A program made the translations under genes and the position numbers. Below are positions 38,531-52,124 of a stretch of DNA of 64,000 bases, piece by piece. The stretch lies in contig OZ024746.1 in assembly GCA_964016885.1 (NCBI GenBank), positions 24,180,001-24,244,000 of the forward strand, read 5' to 3'. This DNA is from Eledone cirrhosa. Taxonomy: Eukaryota. The notes under the pieces were generated by a model. It did no database searches, had not been told where the DNA came from, and saw only the letters and a list, made by a program, of their open reading frames with translations. Within the stretch, counting starts at the first letter, position 1. Each line of letters starts with the position of its first letter.

Positions 38531-39501
38531 ACATATATATATATATTGTGTATGGATTTATAGACATTTTTTATTCTGAATTACACTGTATTAGGACTAC
38601 CACTAATTATAAACAAAACACCCCAAATATGTTTCACTGTGTCCCTCTCACATACCCATCCCTACCATCACCAATAACAACAGCAATAACAACAGCCAGC
38701 CATACCGACACCACCACCATCCTCAAATCTCAAATGCAATTATAACAGGATGAATAGAAGTAGCGTCTATCTATATATGTCAGTCAAGGTGAAATTGTGG
38801 GGAACTTGTAGGTTATAAATACCAGCTTCAGCTGCCTGTCTTCCAAAGAAGGGCAAACATAGGTACAGGCATGGCTGTGTGGTTAGGAGTTTGTTTCTCC
38901 ATCATATGGTTTGGGGTTCAGTCTGGGTCTGGGAGAGGGCACTTTTAATGCCCATGAATTAAAGTAATCCAGGGCTTGTGTGAGGTTTCTCAATGGGTTC
39001 TGAGTTCAATTCCTGATGAGTACAACTTATGTGTTTAACCCCTTGGAAACAATAAAACAAATTAGCATTTCAGGGTCGGAGATTGGTTGGATTGTTAGAG
39101 CATCAGATGAGATGGTCTGTTGTAGCAGTTGTTCCAGCTCTATGTAGTGTGAATTCGAATTCTGCTGTGGCCTAATTGAGTGATTAAACATCATGTCTCA
39201 CATAACCAGTCATGTGTGAAATAGTACACAAAGTTACAACCAGTCATGTTTCAAATTGTACACAGAGTTATCAGATCTAAAATATACTGGGCAGCAAAAT
39301 ATTTGGAAAAAAATCGATCAGGTTTGATTTAATCTTATGACACAGCAAGAAATTATTAGCAAAATACTGTCAGGAAACCTCTGGCCTAGAAACATTCTTT
39401 TATCCTTACTGATTTCTTTCATTAGACTGACACCATACTTAAAGAGATTTAGTCGATTATATGGACCTGGGTACTTATATTGACTTGGGCATTTTATTTA
39501 T

Positions 39502-39546
<45 letters not shown>

Positions 39547-41210
39547 TTGGTTGACTCAAGGAGGTGTTTGCCCAAAACAAGGTGATTGCAAAGAGAACTC
39601 TTTAACCACTCAGCCAAGCCTGCACCTACAATGATACATATCATATATATTACATATATGATAGTTAAAGTGGTTCTTCAGTGTTTGAGATGTTTACAGT
39701 CAATAATGTGATTTCATAGCTGTTTTTTTCATGGAATTCTGACAAAAGTGAAAATCTTCAACATGAAATTTAGCAGTGTTTGATAGCTGTTATGTTTATG
39801 CTTCTGTCAGTCTCACCTATTCAATGTCAGCTTTTACTGTTTCCTGCCATTTATACACAATTGTACCAATATTTTCTGGCTTCACATTTGCTCACATCTC
39901 TACCTCCATATCTCTTTTCCTCTTTCTTTCTATCTCCCCCTCTTTATATTTTTCTCTTTCTTCTACCTTTTGCTCTTTCTTTCTATTTCTGTCTCTCTTT
40001 CCTCCACTTCTTACTCTTTTTTTCTATCTCTCTCACTTTCTATTTCTCTCTCCTCTTCCTTCCATCTCTTGCTCTTTCTTTCTATCTCTCTCCCTCTCTT
40101 TCCTTCTTTCTTTCTATCTCTCCTCTTTTTTCGACCACTAGCTCTTTTTCTATCTCTCTCTCTCTTCTTTATATATACCTTTCCTATCTTTCCCTCCTCT
40201 TACTCATCTCTCCTATTTCCTTTTCTCCTGCCCTTTCCCACTTATCTCTATCGCTCTCACTCTCTCATCTTACACTTATTTCTGTTTCTCCTTTACCATA
40301 CACAGATTTATCTCAATCATTTGTTTCTATCTATCGAGCTATCTATCTTTGTTTTTTACATTTTTTATTTGTGTTTATCTCTGTCCATTTGTCTGTCTAA
40401 AAACTTGTTTATCTATCGACCAACTTATCTATTTTTCCATATCTATCAATCACCTCTATATATCTGACTATCTGTATTTGTCTATCTAAAATTGTGTCAA
40501 GGATAATATCTAGTGCTGGTGATCTACATGATAAAAGCACCCAGTCCAAGCTATGGTTGGTGTTAGGAAGGGTGTCCAGCCATGGAGGGCTTGCCAAGCA
40601 AAGGGTTGGAAGGACCCTCCAGTTATGTCAGAGACATGACAAACTCTCTGAGGCTGGTGCCACTATAGAATTGCACTTGGTAAAATGCGGAACCATATGT
40701 AAGCGATTTGTGAATCCTCAGCTTGTCTGGGAGGTCAGCGGTCCCATTTCAGTACAGACTCAGTCTGTGAAGACCCTTCCAACCCTTGCTAGCAGGGAAA
40801 GTGAACATTGTGAAGATCATGATAATGATGTCTCTATCTAATCTGTTTATCTATATATATCCATCTATCTATTTATTTTTCTCCTATTAATCTTATTTTT
40901 TATTAATCGTATTTTTCTATTTCTATGAATCCATATATCTTATCACATCTTTCCTCCCCTCACTTCAACCAATTCATCATTACATCTATTTCTATCCCTA
41001 CCTCCACCCATCAACAACCAAACCTTTTAATTTCATTGTTGCCTTGCCAAGCCAAATACAAAATTGTTTTGAGTGAATTTCTCACACAAAAATGTGTCAA
41101 AATGTCAACCACAGCAAAAAAAAAAAAAAGAAAGAAAAAAGAAAAAATGTCCAGTTAATTTCTGAACAGATTATTTGAAAGTTTGTATTATAGCAGACAC
41201 ATTATTATTA

Positions 41211-41243
<33 letters not shown>

Positions 41244-41564
41244 GCAACAGCAGTGCTACATTAGTAAAGACTAGGTATTTACATTTCTTTATATACTATA
41301 TTCCAAACAAATAATGCCTTGTTTATTCTTTTACTGTAAATATAACGAGGCCTTCTAAGTAAGAAAAGTGTGGAAACAGCTTTTTATTTTTTTATTTTTT
41401 TATTTATTATTTTTTAATTATTTATTGCTCGTCTCTGCTAGATTATGAAGAGGACATTGGTAGGGAATATGTCAGCTGTCTTTTATTCCTCTACTGACCT
41501 GTGTACATAAAGAAACCTCCTAAGTTTGAAAACAGCTTTTGATATTTTTTTGTATTGCTGTATT

Positions 41565-42101
41565 TATTCCAGCTCTTTATGTTCTGAGTTCAAATCCTGC
41601 CAAATTCAACTTTGCTTTTCATCCTTCTGGGGTCAACCGAATAAATTTCTACTCAAGTGCTGAGGTCAATTTAATTGCCTTGCAAATTTGATGGCCTTGT
41701 GTCTAATTTAGAAACCATTATTATTGTTGTTATGTTTGTTTTAAATGTTTATTTTCTTAGTCTCTTTTATAAATGTTATTTTACACAAAGAAAAACTCAT
41801 ACTGTATTTTCCTGTCTTTGTCTCCTTAGCCCTGTGTGGCTAATAAAGAAATCATTATTATTATTGTTGTTGTTAAGGTGGATTGGCTGTATCAGTAGAG
41901 CGTCGGACACTATGCTACACAACACAGAATTATGTCCCTTTATGTTCTGAGTTCAAATTCCACCAAGGTTAACTCTGCCTTTCATCCTTACAGGGTCGAT
42001 AAAATAAAGCACCAGTAACGTACTGGAGTCAATATAATCAACTTTCCCTCCCCCCCCCCCCAAATTACTGGCCTTGTGCCTAAATCAGAAACCATTATTA
42101 T
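41565..42101 (+). mobile_element. Two Meta-like SINE copies (~41565-41725 and ~41877-42101)
   Basis: Both carry the GTTCTGAGTTCAAAT, CTTTCATCCTT..GGGTC and GGCCTTGTG blocks. Confidence 0.8.
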
Positions 42102-42751
42102 TGCTCTTGTTATTGTTATTGTCACTGAAACTGAAGGGAAATGTTGCATGTGTGATAAATGCCATGATTTATAGGAGCAAGACATGAGTGATGAATGTGG
42201 AACAGCAGAGAAGGCTGGAAAGAACGGAAATGAAAATGGTCTGATGAATGCGAAACATCGCTGAGAGAGAAGAAGATAAAGATTGAATTATAGAGGATCA
42301 GTGATGAATGTTGTGAAAAAAAAGGGAATGAAATTGTTGGGTCATGTGTTGAGACAGGATGAGAGTGACTAAGTGAGATATTTTAACTTTATTGAAGATG
42401 CTCTGCTAGACTGTCTCAATCATGCCTCTGCTTATTATGTGTTCATATCCTATCTTTACTTAGGCTTGGGAGGTCACTATTTCGTAGAGTATAAACTACA
42501 AGATCAGGTATGTCAGTGTGAGTTTGTGTCATTTGCATATATTGACAAATAATTTATGAAGCACAACCAACACACATATTACACTAGGAGGAAAAACCTG
42601 GAGGGCAGTATTTTTGTAAAGTAGTCATGCTGGTGACATGACAAAAAGCACCCAATCCAGCCAGTAAGAGAGAGAAGAAGACAAGAGAGAAAGAGAGAGG
42701 GAGAGAGGGGAAAAGAAAGCGAGAGAGAGAGGGAGATAGAGAGAGAGCAAT

Positions 42752-42789
<38 letters not shown>

Positions 42790-43088
42790 AGAGAGAGAAA
42801 TTACATCACAGTTCAAAGTAGGTGATGCTTATCTCCATCTATAGTAAGTTATTGTCTGAAGATACAGAAATGACAGAATTTAGAGAAATCCTAATTTAAC
42901 CAGACATTTCTACAGAATGTTGTTGCTGCTGCTGCTATATCTGGCATTTGTTGGTATAAATAAATAATCAGGGCGCAGTAGCAACAACAACAGTAGCAAC
43001 AGCAACAATAACAGCAACAACAATAGAAACAACAACAGAAATAACAGCAACAACAGCAGTGGTAGCACCAACAACAGTAACACTAACA

Positions 43089-43256
43089 GCACCAACAGAA
43101 ACTTCAGCAACAGCCCCAACAGAAACTTCAGCAACAGCACCAACAGAAACTTCAGCAACAGCACCAACAGAAACTTCAGCAACAGCCCCAACAGAAACTT
43201 CAGCAACAGCCCCAACAGAAACTTCAGCAACAGCCCCAACAGAAACTTCAGCAACA
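43089..43256. repeat. 24-bp tandem repeat (7 copies) inside a CAA/CAG-rich tract
   Basis: GC(A/C)CCAACAGAAACTTCAGCAACA repeated. Confidence 0.9.
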
Positions 43257-43404
43257 GTAACACTAACAACAGCAGCAGTAATAACAACAGACAAGGTGAA
43301 TGTTGTAATGTTAACTTCCTAAACTAGAAACTTGTCTTATTTTTGTAGTAAGTCAGAGGAAAACAACTCACTTTGTGATACATCACTGTATCTTCTTGAA
43401 ATAC

Positions 43405-44350
43405 TGTTACACTGGTATCACAACTGTAGGTTATTGACTAATGTTACATTGGTGTCACAACTGTAGGTTACTGACTAATGTTACATTGGTGTCACAACTG
43501 TAGGTTACTGACTAATGTTACATTGGTATCACAACTGTAGGTTATTGACTAATGTTACATTGGTGTCACAACTGTAGGTTACTGACTAATGTTACATTGG
43601 TGTCACAACTGTAGGTTACTGACTAATGTTACATTGGTGTCACAACTGTAGGTTACTGACTAATGTTACATTGGTGTCACAACTGTAGCTTATTGACTAA
43701 TGTTACATTGGTGTCACAACTGTAGGTTATTGACTAATGTTACATTGGTGTCACAACTGTAGGTTACTGACTAATGTTACATTGGTGTCACAACTGTAGC
43801 TTATTGACTAATGTTACATTGGTGTCACAACTGTAGGTTATTGACTAATGTTACATTGGTGTCACAACTGTAGGTTATTGACTAATGTTACATTGGTGTC
43901 ACAACTGTAGGTTACTGACTAATGTTACATTGGTGTCACAACTGTAGGTTACTGACTAATGTTACATTGGTGTCACAACTGTTTGTTACTGACTAATGTT
44001 ACATTGGTGTCACAACTGTAGGTTACTGACTAATGTTACATTGGTGTCACAACTGTAGGTTACTGACTAATGTTACATTGGTGTCACAACTGTTTGTTAT
44101 TGACTAATGTTACATTGGTGTCACAACTGTTGGTTACTGACTAATGTTACATTGGTGTCACAACTGTTTGTTACTGACTAATGTTACATTGGTGTCACAA
44201 CTGTTTGTTACTGACTAATGTTACATTGGTGTCACAACTGTTGGTTACTGACTAATGTTACATTGGTGTCACAACTGTAGGTTACTGACTAATGTTATGC
44301 TGGTGTCAATTGTAGGTTACTATGTTACACTGGTTTCACAACTATAGGTA
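43405..44350. repeat. 37-bp minisatellite (about 25 copies)
   Basis: Unit TGTTACATTGGTGTCACAACTGTAGGTTACTGACTAA at 43442, 43479 and onward. Confidence 0.97.
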
Positions 44351-45439
44351 CTGGCCATGCTGGAAAAGACCTATTTAACCTATGAAAGCAAGGGACGTAT
44401 GATGATGATACATCATTTGTTATAGAAAATGTTAGTGTTTCAACATTGGTTCCAAAGACTGTTTCATACACACACATACATCCATGCACACACATCCCTG
44501 TACATACACAGACAAATGAACACACCCACAAATTCACATAAGCACAAACAGGCACCCATACCCAAGCATACACCTACACAAACACACATATGCATAAACA
44601 CCCACACATGCAAACACACACAAGCACACACAAAGACACATACCCAAGCATACACCTCCACAAACACACATATGCATAAACACCCACACATGCAAACACA
44701 CACAAGCACACACAAAGACACACAAACAAATACCCACATGCACAAACACACATATACATACATATACACACACATACAAGCATACCCAAAGACACAAACA
44801 TGTACACATAGAAGCACACACAAAGACAAACACACACACACACACACACACATAGACATCATTTTATCTAGTTGACCATTTCAATTACAATATACTAGAA
44901 ATAAACTTTGTGAAATCTTGATAATATATTGATGATAAATAAGGTAAAATAAGGTAAAACTCGAACTAATGTTATAAAATTTATGGTTTTTTTCTCTTGT
45001 TCATGATAGATTTTGGAGATAATCAACTTCAAAGTAGCCATGGAACTTAGCCATTATCACGTTGTTTTGTAATAATACTTCCTAGAGAGTAGTGAGATAT
45101 AAAGAAGAATTGCAACAATAAAACCTGCTGTTATCTCTTTAAACTGCATTTGGTAAAAATATCCACCAGTTAGTAAAAAAAAAACTGAGTTGAAATTCTA
45201 GCACAGTTTGATCTTTGATATTTCCTATAACAACATACTGATCTAAATAGACTATTCTTAAAAACCTCTTCTTTACATCCGTTACCGGCGCCATGATGAA
45301 GTTCCTCATCTAGCTTACCCAGTCCAACAGCAGTAGCAGCAACAATAGTAACAGAAACAATGGCAACTGCATCACTAGCAACAACAACAGAAGCAACAGT
45401 AGCAACAGCAAAAACAACAACAGAAACACATCAACACTT

Positions 45440-45655
45440 TAAAGTTCCCGTTGCCTCCAGCCGAGTGATGCCTTCAAGAACAACCTTCAGTGTGATGGTT
45501 GGTCTCCCAACTTGTCTGCACACATCAAATTTCCAGAAAAGAACACTGCCAGCAGGTTCATTCTGGTGACATTTCACATGTCCAACTAATGTGAGCCTCC
45601 TAAACCTTATGATGTCAGAAACACGAAGGTGTGAGCCATTGAAAACATAACATGA
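45440..45655 (-). mobile_element. RTE-type LINE ORF2 C-terminal fragment
   Basis: Minus strand reads SHLRVSDIIRFRRLTLVGHVKCHQNEPAGSVLFWK...VGRPTITL, a typical RTE RRL-xx-GH...GRP segment. Confidence 0.65.
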
Positions 45656-46711
45656 CTTTTAAAAACACTGACAGAAAAATTATAGTTTAGTGTTATAAAA
45701 GATTGCTAAGAATTGGCCGAGAGAAAAAAATTGGACAAATCAATATGTTATGGGACTCAATTGAAACAGAATAGAATGGAGAAGTAAAAGAACTAGACTA
45801 ACAAACATTTAAATAATTTGGGCATGTCAAGGACAGATGAATTATAAAAAAATTGTTGGTTGCTGGAAAAGAAGCCACCGGAAGGTCCTTAGAGAGACCT
45901 TTATTTATTCATTTTTCTTTACATGAATCCCACCCTCACTCCACCTACATGAGCAATGGTGGAATAGCTGGAGATGCAGAAGGGAAGATGAGGAGGAGGA
46001 AGAAGAGGGGAGATGATGATGATGATGGTGGTGAGGTGGAGGACACATGCATATACAAGAGAGGAAATAAAAGGCAGCAGTAAAATAATTGATAAAAGAT
46101 TTTAATGAAATACAATCAGATTTTAATAATGTACTGATATGAAAAAAATATTCTAGATTGATAGCATTAGAGATAACAGGATTGAAAATCTAAGAATGAA
46201 GAACTAGGAGGGAGTAGAGTGGGGAGGGGAAGAAGGATGGAAGAGGAGAAGAAGGAAAGAGAAAGAGAGAGAAAGGGATGAATGGAGAAAAATTGTCAGA
46301 CAAGCCACCCACATTCCAAAAATTACCAGTTATAGATGATGTTGATGATGATAATTAACCTCATCTTTAAAATGTAAATAGTTCCATTAAGCATTAAACT
46401 CTAAAGATTATTGCTCTGATTGGTTTAATCTCAACCGCTGACTTCATTCTCAATATATGTACATTCATTCTAGGATAGGAGAAACATTTATTTCTAAAGG
46501 AAGAGTTAAGAACTTAAATGTCTTATTTTTAAAGGAACACTGTTAGAATTTTAATGTCAATTTCCAAAGGGACAGTGTTAAGAACCTTAATTACTTATTT
46601 CTAAAAGGATGGTGTTAAGAATGTTTCTCTTTCGTTTACAAAGTTCCTAGTTTGGGTCTAGTATGGGGTAAATGTATACAGTGACTTGAAATGAACCAAT
46701 CACAATCAATA

Positions 46712-46751
<40 letters not shown>

Positions 46752-46772
46752 TATAAATATATGGAGGAGGTT

Positions 46773-46831
<59 letters not shown>

Positions 46832-46848
46832 AATATATGGAGGAGGTT

Positions 46849-46925
<77 letters not shown>

Positions 46926-46950
46926 AATATATATATTTATATATATAAAT

Positions 46951-47009
<59 letters not shown>

Positions 47010-47012
47010 AAT

Positions 47013-47045
<33 letters not shown>

Positions 47046-47046
<1 letters not shown>

Positions 47047-47390
47047 TCATTCATTCATTCATTTCATTTTACGTCCACTTTTCCCTGCTTGCAAGGGTGG
47101 GACGGGAACTGATTCTGGCTTGATTTCTACAGCTGGATGCCCTTCCTAACACCAACCTCATTTATAGTGAGTGCTGGGTGCTTTTTTGCCGTGGCACCTC
47201 CACGACCACTTTGCAGTGGAATGATAGGGACCCCAGTCCCTATCATCTCATTTCTACAGCTGAGTAAACTGGAGCAATGTGAAATAAAGTGTCTTGCTCA
47301 AGGAAACAACACATCACCCAGTCTGAGAATTGAACTCACAACCTTTCGATTGCAAGGCCAATGCTCTAACCACTAAGCCATGTGCCTCCA
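47046..47390 (-). mobile_element. Young tRNA-derived SINE, copy 3 (full length)
   Basis: Reverse complement of 37679-38026 with few substitutions, (ATGA)n tail, adjacent to a long (TA)n tract. Confidence 0.9.
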
Positions 47391-47456
47391 CAATATATAT
47401 TTCGTTTCTGAATTTGTTTAGCAAGATTCTTTATCTGAAATCGTGTGTTGAAACCG

Positions 47457-47710
47457 ATATTGTTATACTTTGGGAGGGTCATGTTGCCAATAAGAAACAC
47501 ACGCACCAGTTGCTTTCACTTCAATTTAATTTATTATATATTTATAAATTTACAAATTTATAAATTTCTGGTTGGTTGGTTGGTTGGTTCCACAACCAAC
47601 CAACCAGAAATTTATAAATTTGTAAATTTATAAATATATAATAAATTAAATTGAAGTGAAAGCAACTGGTGCGTGTGTTTCTTATTGGCAACATGACCCT
47701 CCCAAAGTAT

Positions 47711-47718
<8 letters not shown>
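47457..47718. repeat. Perfect inverted repeat (126-bp arms, 10-nt spacer)
   Basis: 47457-47582 is the reverse complement of 47593-47718. The right arm ends in a (TA)n tract. Confidence 0.93.
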
Positions 47719-47756
<38 letters not shown>

Positions 47757-48769
47757 TGTGTGTGTGGCAATCAGGAGGTTTGAGTATGATTCTTGGACTG
47801 GGTGATGCATTGTGTCTTTCAGCAAGACACTTTATTTCACATTGCTCCAGCTGTAGAAATGAGTTGTGATATCACTAATACCAGGTTGTTTCAGCCATTG
47901 CCTTTCCCTTGGATAACATCAGTGACATGGAGGGGAGAGACTGGTATGCAACCTTGCCTGGACTTGTATCTCGGAGATGAACTTTCTTGGTGTAAATCCC
48001 ATGGTTATTCATGACCAAAGGGGGTTTTACCATATATATATATATATATATATAAACATGTCTTCAATTTGCAAAGCTGTCTAAACGTAATGTTATAAAT
48101 CTAGGGTAATATACCCTATTGAGTGCTTAGCTGCACACCAAGATTGCATTCATAAGCTTGGCTTCAACCAGAGCTTCGATGATGCTGTACTAAATTTTGT
48201 ATATATATATATATATATATATAAAGATCATTATGATGATTTATGATGATTTATACACACACATGATCCAATCATCTCATTACATTTCTCTTCACAACAT
48301 TCATCACTGAATGAATAGCAAAAAGATTTTTAAATAATAAAGGTACCCCTGGTAAAATGGTAAAATTTGAACTCAGAACAAGGATAAAACTCTAAAATGT
48401 TATGTATGTAACATAGCTATCTACCATATTTACCATTGTATTGTCTATATTGAGAAGGAGCCGGCATTAACGAAGGTTAATAAGATGAACATGTTAGAAA
48501 CCCAACAATATATAGACTAGTAAACATTTAGTTTGATGGCTTAGATTTCATAGAAATATTTCTGTTATTTCAATGTCTATACTCTTGATTGTTATCTTGA
48601 ACTGTTATGATGATCATGATTATGGTGGTGGTGGTGAGGATGGTGGTGAGGATGGTGGTGAGGATGATGATGATGAGGATTGTGGGGATGATGATGTAAT
48701 GATGTATATGATGATGGTGGTGGTGAGGATGACGTGGTAAGATTGGAGAGGTTACATTTTTAGATAATA

Positions 48770-49710
48770 ATATAGATACTCTGGGTGTTTTCCAACTACC
48801 ACATCTGTAGCCATAGTTTCAGAAATACTGAACGCTCCCTCATGTTTTCCACCTATCACATCTGCAGCTATAGTTTGTAGAAATACTGAACTCTCCCTTG
48901 TGATTTCTAACTAAGTTTCTGTAATACTGAACTCTCCTGTGTGTTTTCCAACAACCACATCTGTAACCAGTAATTCCAATAATACTGAACCTTCCCTTGT
49001 GTTTTCCAACTACCACATTTGTAGTCAGTTTCAGAAATACTGAACTCTCCCTCATATTTTCCAACTACAACATCTATAGCCATAGTTTTAGAAATACTGA
49101 ACTTTACCTTATGTTTTCCAACTGTCACATCTGCAGCCATAATTTTAGAAATACTGAACTCTCCCCCTTGTTTTCCAACTATCCCATCTGTAACCATAAT
49201 TTTAGAAATACTAAACCCTCCTTTATGTTTTCCAACTGTCACATCTGTAGCCATAATTTTAGAAATACTAAACTCTCCCTTGTGTTTTCCAACTGTCACA
49301 TCTGTAGCCATAATTTTAGAAATATTAAACTCTCGCTTGTGTTTTCCAACTGTCACATCTGTAGCCATAATTTTAGAAATACTAAACTCTCCCTTGTGTT
49401 TTCCAACTGTCACATCTGTAGCCATAATTTTAGAAATATTAAACTCTCGCTTGTGTTTTCCAACTGTCACATCTGTAGCCATAATTTTAGAAATACTAAA
49501 CTCTCCCTTGTGTTTTCCAACTGTCACATCTGTAGCCATAATTTTAGAAATACTAAACTCTCCCTTGTGTTTTCCAACTGTCACATCTGTAGCCATAATT
49601 TTAGAAATATTAAACTCTCGCTTGTGTTTTCCAACTGTCACATCTGTAGCCATAATTTTAGAAATACTAAACTCAATACTGTTTTTTTAAAACTAACACA
49701 TCTGTAGCAA
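48770..49710. repeat. 57-bp minisatellite (about 16 copies, homogeneous on the right, degenerate on the left)
   Basis: Unit TGTGTTTTCCAACTGTCACATCTGTAGCCATAATTTTAGAAATACTAAACTCTCCCT; 19-aa periodicity in the ORF track. Confidence 0.95.
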
Positions 49711-50359
49711 TAGTTTTCTGCTCCTAAATCACCAATATTTGTTAACTGTTTGGTGAGGAAGAGAAGAACAGTGTTCATGGCTCATTTCAGAGCTTGAGAT
49801 TAATAGAAAGAAAAGAAAGAGAGGGCAGGAGCTATCTTCAAATTGAGGTCCAAGTCAAAATATTTGCACAAGAATTACAATAAATATCCCAGAAATAGAT
49901 AATATTAATAAAAGACTGATAACATATCTCACAATGCTTTATATTAACTACGCTACTTTATGATATTAATAATTAATTTTTGTGGTCAACAAAGAAATAT
50001 ATATAGCTAATAAATATAGTATTTGTTTATATTTATTGTGTTTGTATATTCTAGAATTGGCATTTACCTTTTATACTCGAATATAAGTTGACCCTACTAT
50101 TTTATGTTTGAGAAATGGGAAATGGGCAAAAAGCCAAACCTTGATTACATGGAATTTGAAGTTAATGAAAAATCATCAAAACATTGACTCCAAATATAAG
50201 ATGTGCCCCCAACACACACTTCAACCATCGATTTCTTTTGGTTACATATTCCGTAGTTTATATTCAAGTATATACTGTATTTAAATTCTACTTAAACAAT
50301 GATTGATAACATGGAATGCAGAAGTATTATAATGTTTTTCATTATAAAAGGAAAGACAG

Positions 50360-50575
50360 TAGATTAGCAGTATTAGTAGAGCATCAGGCAACATGCTTTA
50401 TGGCATATAGTTATGTTCCTTTATGTTCTGAGATCAAATCCCACCAACATTAGCTTTACCTTCCATCCTTATGAAGGTCGATAAAATAAGGTATCTGTAA
50501 AGCACTGGGTTGATTTAATTGACTTTCCCTTCCCCCCAAAATTGTTGGCTTTGTGCCAAAATCAGAAACCATTAT
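50360..50575 (+). mobile_element. tRNA-derived SINE (Meta-like family)
   Basis: CCTTCCATCCTTATGAAGGTCGATAAAATAAG ... GGCTTTGTGCCAAAATCAGAAACCATT. Confidence 0.8.
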
Positions 50576-50657
50576 GAAAGGAAGTGTATGTGGTTTGCCA
50601 GTAGCAATACCTTCGAATAAGTTTTTTTTTAAATTATATTTGTGAATTATAGACAGC

Positions 50658-51325
50658 GTCTAACAGTCTATAGTAGCCTGTATCAGGAATATAACTGTCA
50701 GTGAAACTGTCAACACACATCTTAAAGATAGTATCTGGGTCTAACTGTCTATAGTAGCCTGTATCAGGAATATAACTGTCAGTGAAACTGTCAACACACA
50801 TCTTAAAGATAGTATCTGGGTCTGTCTATAGTAGCCTGTATCAGGAATATAACTGTCAGTGAAACTATCAACACACATCTTAAAGATAGTATCTGGGTCT
50901 GTCTATAGTAGCCTGTATCAGGAATATAACTGTCAGTGAAACTGTCAACACACATCTTAAAGATAGTATCTGGGTCTAACAGTCTATAGTAGCCTGTATC
51001 AGGAATATAACTGTCAGTGAAACTGTCAACACACATCTTAAAGATAGTATCTGGGTCTAACTGTCTATAGTAGCCTGTATCAGGAATATAACTGTCAACA
51101 CACATCTTAAAGATAGTATCTGGGTCTAACTGTCTATAGTAGCCTGTATCAGGAATATAACTGTCAATGAAACTGTCAACACACATCTTAAAGATAGTAT
51201 CTGGGTCTAACAGTCTATAGTAGCCTGTATCAGGAATATAACTGTCAGTGAAACTGTCAACACACATCTTAAAGATAGTATCTGGGTCTAACTGTCTATA
51301 GTAGCCTGTATCAGGAATATATACA
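50658..51325. repeat. ~81-bp minisatellite (about 8 copies, with shorter variants)
   Basis: TAAC(A/T)GTCTATAGTAGCCTGTATCAGGAATATAACTGTCAGTGAAACTGTCAACACACATCTTAAAGATAGTATCTGGGTC at 50661, 50742 and onward. Confidence 0.95.
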
Positions 51326-51520
51326 TGTATCTTCTAGGCAGTGTCTATCTGTCTAACTATCTGTCAAACTGCCTATAGTAGCTGTATCAGGAATATAACA
51401 TTTATCTTATAGATAGTGTCTTGAAATCTATTTGTCTGTCTATCTGCATCTGTTTGTTTGTCCATCCATGTGTCTGTATATCTGTCTGATTGTGTTTCTA
51501 TGTCTGTCAAACTGTCAACA

Positions 51521-51886
51521 TTTATCTTATAGACAGTGTCTATCTGCCTCTCTAACTATCTATAGTAGGTGTATCAGGAACATATAGATTTATCTTATAG
51601 ACAGTGTCTATCTGCCTCTCTAACTATCTATAGTAGGTGTATCAGGAACATATAGATTTATCTTATAGACAGTGTCTATCTGCCTCTCTAACTATCTATA
51701 GTAGGTGTATCAGGAACATATAGATTTATCTTATAGACAGTGTCTATCTGCCTCTCTAACTATCTATAGTAGGTGTATCAGGAACATATAGATTTATCTT
51801 ATAGACAGTGTCTATCTGCCTCTCTAACTATCTATAGTAGGTGTATCAGGAACATATAGATTTATCTTATAGACAGTGTCTATCTA
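51521..51886. repeat. 68-bp minisatellite (5+ copies)
   Basis: TTTATCTTATAGACAGTGTCTATCTGCCTCTCTAACTATCTATAGTAGGTGTATCAGGAACATATAGA at 51521, 51589 and onward. Confidence 0.95.
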
Positions 51887-51973
51887 TATATGTCTGTCTG
51901 TCTGTCTGCATATGTCAGTATTATGAGAAATATATACAACATACATTTTACACATTGTGTTGGTCTATGTCTG

Positions 51974-52124
51974 CAGGGCCGTCTTAACGCATGGGCACGC
52001 TGGGCAGTTGCCCGGGGGCCCCACGAGGATAGGGGACCCATTTGTATTTTTATTCCTGTGAGTGGTTGTGTAGGTAGGGGCTCTGCTTTGCCCGGGGCCC
52101 TATAATGCTGTTAAGACAGCCCTG
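51974..52124. mobile_element. 151-bp hAT-type MITE
   Basis: TIRs CAGGGCCGTCTTAAC / GTTAAGACAGCCCTG (14/15 match), 8-bp TSD-like flanks TATGTCTG / TCTGTCTG (7/8 match) and a GC-rich body. Confidence 0.8.

Noticed and set aside
42238-42270. CTGATGA-ATGC-GAAAC as a hammerhead
   Set aside because: No stem II or stem I. It lies within what looks like a decayed LINE fragment and is probably a chance match.
43059-43322. (APTETSAT)n mucin-like exon followed by a GT
   Set aside because: A 24-bp repeat inside a CAA/CAG microsatellite, open on both strands, with no credible acceptor site or supporting exons. I cannot fully exclude it without RNA-seq.
43405-44350. 37-bp repeat array as a CRISPR array
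   Set aside because: Units are head-to-tail with no unique spacers, there are no cas genes, and the context is eukaryotic.
48907-49707. 248-aa and 236-aa repetitive ORFs, including a CHICSH zinc-finger-like reading
   Set aside because: A 57-bp unit is a multiple of 3, so several frames on both strands stay open. The spacing does not match C2H2 fingers.
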